From a virus, in IMG/VR virus record IMGVR_UViG_2910705042_000001: a stretch of 64,000 nucleotides of DNA; one strand, written 5' to 3'. The position numbers and the translations under genes are program-made. The notes under the pieces were generated by a model, which saw nothing but the letters and a program-made list of their open reading frames with translations, was not told the origin of the DNA and did no database searches. Positions 57,896-64,000 of the stretch are shown here, piece by piece (positions within the stretch are counted from its first letter, which is position 1; every line of letters starts with the position of its first letter).

Positions 57896-60800
57896 ATGAC
57901 TGGTTTCGTTCACCTCCACGTCCATGGAGAAGGCTCCCTCTTGGACGGCTTATCGCGTCCCGGGGATATTTCTCGTGCGGCCCACGACATGGGTATGGAT
58001 GCGGTTGCTCAAACGGATCATGGTTCGTTGACTCAAGCTTTGGCGTTTGCTCGCTCGGCGCGAGACATCGGAGTCAAGCCGATCATCGGTGTCGAGTTCT
58101 ATCTCTCGTTGGGGTCACGTTTTGAGCGCAACGAAGTTACGACTCGTTCGGGCGATGTGTCCTCGGGCGAGGGCAACAAGACCAAACGCTACGAGCACCT
58201 GACCCTTCTGGCACGCACCACGCAGGGGTGGGAGAACCTTGTTCGCCTCTTCAACGAGTCACAGGACTCCTACTGGTATGTCCCGCGCATCGACTACGAC
58301 CTCATGAGCGAACACAACGCCGGACTCATCTGTCTGACGGGATGTTTGGGTGGACCCATTCTTGGGCCTCTTTCGCGTCATGTCCTTCATGAGGACGCGC
58401 TCATCTCCTACAAGAAGTCGATCAGCCTTTCTCGCGACCAGATGTCACAAGATGCCTTCGACAACTGCTTGGCCCTGGCCAAGCAACACCTGGGCGATGA
58501 CGACGCGGACGATGCGGCCCTACCCGATGAAGTGACCCGAACCCTCGTCGCCTTCCGCCGCGAACAACTCGAGACAACCGACTATATTGACGTGGCCCGC
58601 CAAAACCTTGCTCGCCTCATCTCCATCTACGGGGTCGAGAACGTCTACGTCGAACTCATGGAACACGGCATCCCCGCCGAACAGAAGGCTCTTCCCCTAG
58701 CTCAGCGCCTCGCCGTGGAGGCTGGCGTGGCATGTGTTGCCACCAACGACTCCCACTTCACCCACGAAGAGGATGCGGTGGGACATGACGGCTGGCTTGC
58801 CATGCGCACCTCGGGAGGAAAACTCAACACTCCGGGGCGTTTCCGTTTCCACGGGGACGGCTACTGGATTCGCTCGGAGCAACAGATGCGCGCCCTCCAC
58901 ACGGAATCGTGGTGGCAGCAGGCGTGCGACGAGACAGTGAAGGTAGCCGAGCGGGTCGATGAGTGGATACTGCCTGAATACGAAGGTGTGCGTCTACCGA
59001 CCTTCCCCCTGCCGCCGAATGAGAAAGACTCGTTGACATTCCTCGTCCGACTTGTCAAGGAAGGTGCGCTCGAACGCTACGGCTCACCCCTACCTGCCGC
59101 CGTGAAGAAGCGTTTGGCATGGGAAACTCGGATCATTCGCAACCTCGGACTCATCGACTACTTCCTCATCGACTGGGACCTCATCGCCTGGGCACGATCC
59201 ACCGACACACCCACCGACTGGATTGCCCGAGCACAAGGCGACCACCTGCCTGACGAACGCGAGACCAAGACACCGATCTTTGTGGGCCCAGGCCGTGGAA
59301 GCTCAGCAGGATCCTGCGTCTCCTACTGTCTCGGGATCGTCAACCTAGATCCACTGCGCCACAACCTCTACTTTGACCGCTTCCTCGACCCAACACGTGT
59401 AGGTATGCCCGACGTGGACACCGACTTCGAGAAGGAACGACGCGACGAGTGCTACGCCTTCCTTGTCGAACGCTATGGGCGCGACCGAATCGCCCGGCTG
59501 GGAACCGTGGGGCGCAAACAGGTCAAAGCTGCCATCAAGTCCGGATGCTCCATCGTTGGCATCAACGAACAGACCGCCAACACACTGACCAAACTCATCC
59601 CCAGCGGTGAGGACGGGGACATGCCCCTTCCCGATCTTCTCGACGCCACCAACGACGCCAGTGTGGCGTTCCGACGAGAAATGGAGGCCTATCCCAACAC
59701 CGAACAAATGGATGAGGCACTTACCTACGCCCACTCATTTGTTGGCTTGAGCTTCAATGAAGGCATCCACGCCTGCGGTGTCCTCATCGGAGACCGCGAC
59801 ATGACCGGAGAAATCCCCATGCGGGTCAACCGCGAGAGCTCGGACAAGAACGCGCCCCGCGTAACAAGCTGGGATGGGCGCGAAATCGACTCCCTCGGAA
59901 TGCTCAAACTCGATCTTCTCGGGCTGCGCACACTAGACATCATCCACACCGCACTCACTCTCGCATCGGCCCAAGTAGGCCACGACCTCACCTACGAGGA
60001 CATTCCCGACCCCGACGATACCGAGCGAGACGACGTAGCGGCCGCGTGGGCAATGCTGCGCCAAGGAGAGACAGCCGGCGTCTTCCAATTCTCCTCGTCA
60101 GGCATGACAACCCTCATCGAACAGATCGAACCCCGAGAATGGTCCCACATCACCGCTGCGGCAGCCCTCTACCGACCCGGACCCCTCAAAGCCGGAATGC
60201 ACACCCAATACGCCGACCGACTCAACGGACGCGAAGGCGTGGACTACGGCATCTTCTCTGCCCGACGAGACCCCGACGAAATTGAAGTCATCGAGCAAGT
60301 CCTTGGCGAAACATTCGGCATCCCCGTCTATCAAGAACAAGCGATGGCACTGGGACGAAGCGTTGCCGGGTTCGCCGACGCCATGGTCAACAAACTCCGC
60401 AAGGCAATCTCGAAAAAGCAGGTCGACCAGTTCCCCGCCCTAGGAGAAAAGTTCGTAGCCGGAGCCATCCTCAACCACACCGAGGACGGGGCACCAAAGG
60501 TTCCTTTCGCCCCCGACACAGCAGAAGCTCTCTGGAAAGCACTAGAAGGCTCAGCCCACTACTCGTTCAACAAGTCCCACTCAGCCGCCTACGCACTTCT
60601 CGGCTTCCAAACCGCATGGCTAAAATCCACCTACCCTGCCGCATTCGGAGCCGCAGTCCTCGCCCACACCGACCGCTCACAAAGCGTGGAGCGTTCCGGG
60701 ATCATCGAATCCATGAGACGCATGGGCGTATCCATGATGCCACCCTCCATCAACGACTCCGTGGAAGACACAAGCAACCCTGACCCCCACACGATCCTCG

Positions 60801-61690
60801 TCGGCTTCTCCGACATCAAAGACGTCGGCAAGTCCGGAGTCGACATCGTCGCCGAAAGACACGAACACGGACCCTACACATCCCTATCCAACCTCATCTC
60901 ACGCGTCCCCACCTTGACCAGCCTCAACATCACTGCCCTCATAGAAGCCGGATGCCTCGACACTTTCGGCCCCCGACGCGGGCAAACCGTCATCTCTGGT
61001 GCACTCGCGGACCACCCGGACATGGAGGTTCCCGAATGGGAGTGGGGTGACGTGGAGCGCTGGACCGGGCAGAAGAAACGCATTGGTATCGCATTCGGGA
61101 CCCACCCTCTCGACGTTGCCGGTGAACCACCGAAGAGATGGATCGACTCGCGCGGACATCGCGTGGAAAAGGCGCCGTCCAACCTGTCCGTCGTCTTCAC
61201 GAAGAACGACGGAGACCCGGTCCACGTTATCGCCGTCATCGGGGCACTTGTCACGAAGACCCTGTCGTCGGGTGTGGCTGCCTTCCTCACTCTCGAAAAC
61301 CAGACTCAAGGAATCGACGCGGCCATCTGGCCCCGCTCCCTTTCCCGGATTGCAGCGGACAGTCTGTCGATCGGGACGGTCGTCATCGCTTCGGGAAACG
61401 TCAAGATGCGTGAGGTTGTCTCCGACGAAGGGGAGGTGACTGTCAAAGCCGAACTGTGGATTAACAGTCTCGTCCCTCTCGACGTTCTCGATCATGGGCG
61501 GCGCCGCAAGGTCCGGGCCATCAACCTCGATGTGCTCACGCAGGATGAACCGGAACCTGCACCCACACGAGAACCACCGCCGCTGCCCGCCAAACCCACA
61601 CCCGAACCTGAAGCCCTGCCCGAGTTACAGCGCACGTCGCTCACCCTTTCCCCTAACCACCGACCAGGGCGGGTAGGGACCGGATGGTGA
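57896..61690 (+). CDS. dnaE: DNA polymerase III alpha subunit (PHP + Pol3 + HhH + OB)
   Basis: HLHVH...SLLDG, QTDHG, GRGSSAGS, PDVDTDF, KLDLLGL, FNKSHSAAY. Confidence 0.95.
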   Translation: MTGFVHLHVHGEGSLLDGLSRPGDISRAAHDMGMDAVAQTDHGSLTQALAFARSARDIGVKPIIGVEFYLSLGSRFERNEVTTRSGDVSSGEGNKTKRYEHLTLLARTTQGWENLVRLFNESQDSYWYVPRIDYDLMSEHNAGLICLTGCLGGPILGPLSRHVLHEDALISYKKSISLSRDQMSQDAFDNCLALAKQHLGDDDADDAALPDEVTRTLVAFRREQLETTDYIDVARQNLARLISIYGVENVYVELMEHGIPAEQKALPLAQRLAVEAGVACVATNDSHFTHEEDAVGHDGWLAMRTSGGKLNTPGRFRFHGDGYWIRSEQQMRALHTESWWQQACDETVKVAERVDEWILPEYEGVRLPTFPLPPNEKDSLTFLVRLVKEGALERYGSPLPAAVKKRLAWETRIIRNLGLIDYFLIDWDLIAWARSTDTPTDWIARAQGDHLPDERETKTPIFVGPGRGSSAGSCVSYCLGIVNLDPLRHNLYFDRFLDPTRVGMPDVDTDFEKERRDECYAFLVERYGRDRIARLGTVGRKQVKAAIKSGCSIVGINEQTANTLTKLIPSGEDGDMPLPDLLDATNDASVAFRREMEAYPNTEQMDEALTYAHSFVGLSFNEGIHACGVLIGDRDMTGEIPMRVNRESSDKNAPRVTSWDGREIDSLGMLKLDLLGLRTLDIIHTALTLASAQVGHDLTYEDIPDPDDTERDDVAAAWAMLRQGETAGVFQFSSSGMTTLIEQIEPREWSHITAAAALYRPGPLKAGMHTQYADRLNGREGVDYGIFSARRDPDEIEVIEQVLGETFGIPVYQEQAMALGRSVAGFADAMVNKLRKAISKKQVDQFPALGEKFVAGAILNHTEDGAPKVPFAPDTAEALWKALEGSAHYSFNKSHSAAYALLGFQTAWLKSTYPAAFGAAVLAHTDRSQSVERSGIIESMRRMGVSMMPPSINDSVEDTSNPDPHTILVGFSDIKDVGKSGVDIVAERHEHGPYTSLSNLISRVPTLTSLNITALIEAGCLDTFGPRRGQTVISGALADHPDMEVPEWEWGDVERWTGQKKRIGIAFGTHPLDVAGEPPKRWIDSRGHRVEKAPSNLSVVFTKNDGDPVHVIAVIGALVTKTLSSGVAAFLTLENQTQGIDAAIWPRSLSRIAADSLSIGTVVIASGNVKMREVVSDEGEVTVKAELWINSLVPLDVLDHGRRRKVRAINLDVLTQDEPEPAPTREPPPLPAKPTPEPEALPELQRTSLTLSPNHRPGRVGTGW

Positions 61691-61710
61691 CCTCCGCACA
61701 CATGAAGAGT

Positions 61711-63420
61711 ATGGCCAATACGAACCCACGCGAAAGAGCCCATATTTCACTGCCGACATGGTTCGACGAAACCAAGACGGCACACACAACCCGACTCCTT
61801 TCGCTCCTTGAACAGCAAGAAGGCTCGGGCTGGGAGATTGACGAAATCGACACAACAGCACGACAGGCTCACGTCTCCCGAAGCGTTCAGGGCGCAGACA
61901 TCATTGAAGTGGCCCTTGCTTCCGATGTTTCGCAGGCAGATGGGGACCGCGTCTCAGCCAGAATGAGTGAGCTTCACCCCGGATATGCCATGACAAGCTT
62001 CCGTCCTAAAGACGCCCGAGCAACCTTGGCCCGCATGAGTCCAGAACTTGTCCGCGCCCGCGAGTCCGTTGCGGTAGCTATGTCCGTCAAGCCGTGGGAC
62101 ATCGTCATTTCCGGGGACAACACGCATGGATATGACGTTCGCTTGCCGTCCTCCTACACCCCATCGCGTCACGACAAGAGGCTTGCCGAGGCGGCAGAAA
62201 CTGCGATCGGACAGCCCGGATGGTGGGTAAAGATCAACGCCAAGACACTCACTGGCCGTATCGCTCCGGGTAAGCGCCCCACTCTTCCCATCCTCGCTCA
62301 CTACCCCGACCACAAGCCCTACCGGGATCTGCGCGACCAGATGCGCCTACCGATCGGGGTGTCTATGGAGTACGGGGCGGAAAAGTCCCGCGAGATCAGC
62401 CTCGACCTGTGGGACAACGCTGGCGTTCTCATCGTCGGTACGCCAGGCTCCGGCAAGTCGGTGACCATCAACGCTCTCATTTGCGGTGCGCTGGAGCGTG
62501 ACTGGGACATTGGGATCATCGACGTTCCTCACAAGGCGGGGGACTACGCGTGGTGTGAAGGTTACGTCCACGAGAACTGGTTCGGCGCACGGTCGTTGGA
62601 GGAGTCCGTTGCCACCACAGGCCTTGTCTACGCCGTGCGCGATGAACGCAAGCGCCTACTCGACCAGTACGGAGTAGAGAAGTGGAATGACTTGCCCGAC
62701 GACGTCCGACCAGCCCCGCTTCTGCTCGTGTGTGACGAGTTAACAGGACTCTTCTTCGCCGACAAGCCTCCGACGGGAGTCTCGAAAGACAACCCTGACT
62801 ACATTGAGGCCGCCAACAAGAAGATCATGACCGTCCGTCTGGAAGCCACGATCCGCCGCATCGCTCTGGAGCTGCGATTTGTCGGTGTCCGTCTCTTGCT
62901 GGCAACCCAGCAAGCCCAAGGAAACACTGGCATTTCGGTCCCTCTCAAAATGGCGCTGCCCAACCGCATCCTTCTGGGGTCCAAGCCAGATCGGAGGGCC
63001 TACGGGCACGCTTTTCAAGCCCCTGATGACGCCCCTGCTATCCCCAGTGTCTTCGTCGAGAACGAGAAGATGGGCAAAGGTGTGGGTATTGCCGAAATCG
63101 AGGGCGAAGGGTTCGTCATCTTCAAGTCCTACTTCGACACGGGGAAGACTTACCGCCAGCGCTTTGCCACGCAGGGGCTTCACACCACCATCAACCCCTA
63201 TCCGACAGGTCGTCAGATTCGCGACATGATGCCCGTTCTGTTGGACGATCCGGGCGAAGAAGACAGGCCTTTCACTCGGTTTGACGAAGGTGGTTTCGGA
63301 CAAACCGATGACGTGGAACCACCATTGCGCGGGGCGGCCCGCGCTGCACATCAATTACGTGTCGCTGCCGACCAGTACACTGCACAGAATGGAGACAAAA
63401 ATGTTCCTCACCATCAGTGA
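61711..63420 (+). CDS. FtsK/SpoIIIE (TraB-like) ATPase
   Basis: IVGTPGSGKS, LLVCDELT, LLLATQQ. Start ATG 61711 (motif 9 nt upstream). Confidence 0.8.
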   Translation: MANTNPRERAHISLPTWFDETKTAHTTRLLSLLEQQEGSGWEIDEIDTTARQAHVSRSVQGADIIEVALASDVSQADGDRVSARMSELHPGYAMTSFRPKDARATLARMSPELVRARESVAVAMSVKPWDIVISGDNTHGYDVRLPSSYTPSRHDKRLAEAAETAIGQPGWWVKINAKTLTGRIAPGKRPTLPILAHYPDHKPYRDLRDQMRLPIGVSMEYGAEKSREISLDLWDNAGVLIVGTPGSGKSVTINALICGALERDWDIGIIDVPHKAGDYAWCEGYVHENWFGARSLEESVATTGLVYAVRDERKRLLDQYGVEKWNDLPDDVRPAPLLLVCDELTGLFFADKPPTGVSKDNPDYIEAANKKIMTVRLEATIRRIALELRFVGVRLLLATQQAQGNTGISVPLKMALPNRILLGSKPDRRAYGHAFQAPDDAPAIPSVFVENEKMGKGVGIAEIEGEGFVIFKSYFDTGKTYRQRFATQGLHTTINPYPTGRQIRDMMPVLLDDPGEEDRPFTRFDEGGFGQTDDVEPPLRGAARAAHQLRVAADQYTAQNGDKNVPHHQ

Positions 63421-63877
63421 CATCACCGATGTTGACGATATTTACACCTTCGCACCCGGTGAAGTCATCGAAGCGGGGTCCTATACAGACGCCATCGGTC
63501 AGCTCTACGGTCTTGGCGCTACACCAAACCAAGGCGCCAATGATCGTTACTTCGAGCGCAACATCACCATGGGCACGATCGCCGATATTGCCCAAGCCTC
63601 CCTTGTCGCGAAACACGATTCAGTGACCTCCGATCTGCCCCAAGAAGAACTGGATGCGCTGCTCAACTTCTCTCGTCACATCGACATCTGGGCAGGTCGG
63701 GAGTGGACCAACGAGTGTCCGCTCGTTGTCTTGGCAGACGTGTATGAGACCGAGAACGTGATCCCCACAGGCAATGTCATCGTTGTGTCGGCTGAGAATG
63801 AAAAGACGTTTGTCGAATCTGCCGCCCGAGTGGGGATGTTCCATTTGGAAGTGATGGAGGAACTGCTGGACGTGTGA
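63401..63877 (+). CDS. Acidic hypothetical protein, paralog of 10267-10779
   Basis: RBS GGAG plus ATG 63401; shared RH..W.G.EW/PTGNVI motif. Confidence 0.75.
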   Translation: MFLTISDITDVDDIYTFAPGEVIEAGSYTDAIGQLYGLGATPNQGANDRYFERNITMGTIADIAQASLVAKHDSVTSDLPQEELDALLNFSRHIDIWAGREWTNECPLVVLADVYETENVIPTGNVIVVSAENEKTFVESAARVGMFHLEVMEELLDV

Positions 63878-63953
63878 GCGCCCGATGACACGACGCCCTC
63901 GGCCTAGGACGGTTCGAGGGCGTTGTCGTGTGTGCGCCGCACACAACAGGGGT

Positions 63954-64000
63954 ATGAGTTACAACCCAGACCAGCCCCGCAATCCTGCCAACGGACAATG
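63954..64000 (+). CDS. Start of a gene running off the window (MSYNPDQPRNPANGQ...)
   Basis: CCGCACAC exactly 9 nt upstream. Confidence 0.5.
   Translation, partial: MSYNPDQPRNPANGQ

Larger units (their letters stand above)
3265..63944. promoter_or_regulatory. Dispersed start-associated motif CCGCACAC (26 co-oriented copies counted by eye)
   Basis: Plus strand: 10858, 11437, 25972, 29446, 30475, 31595, 36021, 37091, 41396, 44106, 57879, 61694, 63937. Minus strand: 3265, 4120, 5619, 9355, 9699, 12936, 18140, 18463, 20189, 23659, 24030, 24135, 57833. Eleven sit exactly 9 nt before a start codon. Confidence 0.8.

Noticed and set aside
57896-61690. Intein or split gene in dnaE (also checked the SNF2 and VirB4 genes)
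   Set aside because: No Hint block A/B or HN-C/S/T motifs seen; the catalytic motifs are contiguous.
1-64000. Avoidance of GCCGGC sites; tRNA/rRNA genes; virion genes; integrase
   Set aside because: GCCGGC occurs repeatedly (e.g. near 1305 and 2930) and depletion cannot be judged without counts. No tRNA/rRNA signatures, capsid, terminase or integrase motifs were seen, so plasmid versus ICE remains unresolved.

Overview
A 64 kb segment of a large high-GC actinobacterial mobile element, most likely a conjugative megaplasmid or ICE. Host evidence is a WhiB-family gene and a LAxTG sortase substrate. No rRNA, tRNA, CRISPR array or virion gene was seen. From left to right: (i) a leftward transfer operon with a VirD4-like ATPase, a Replic_Relax-type relaxase, a NERD nuclease and an FtsK-like ATPase that the ORF track misses and that carries an Ala-initiated intein in its Walker A motif; (ii) a phage-like accessory block with five DNA methyltransferases, an NgoMIV-like restriction enzyme, an Abi_2/AbiF HEPN protein with an upstream RNA-like hairpin, and many small ORFs; (iii) an iteron- and hairpin-rich origin-like region at the strand switch (~25.2-25.9 kb); (iv) a rightward backbone: ParA-like, sigma-like/TMK fusion, RecB-like nuclease, TcpC-like, VirB4-like, SSB, WhiB, multidomain wall hydrolase, SF1 and SNF2 helicases, RuvC-like; (v) a 9.8 kb IS3 composite transposon with an AAC target duplication that splits a backbone gene; (vi) DnaE and a second FtsK. 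The most striking unexplained signal is an 8-mer, CCGCACAC, on the coding strand before many backbone genes and exactly 9 nt from the start codon in 11 cases. This suggests an element-specific promoter regulon, possibly read by the encoded sigma-like protein. All family calls come from motif recognition by eye, with no database searches.
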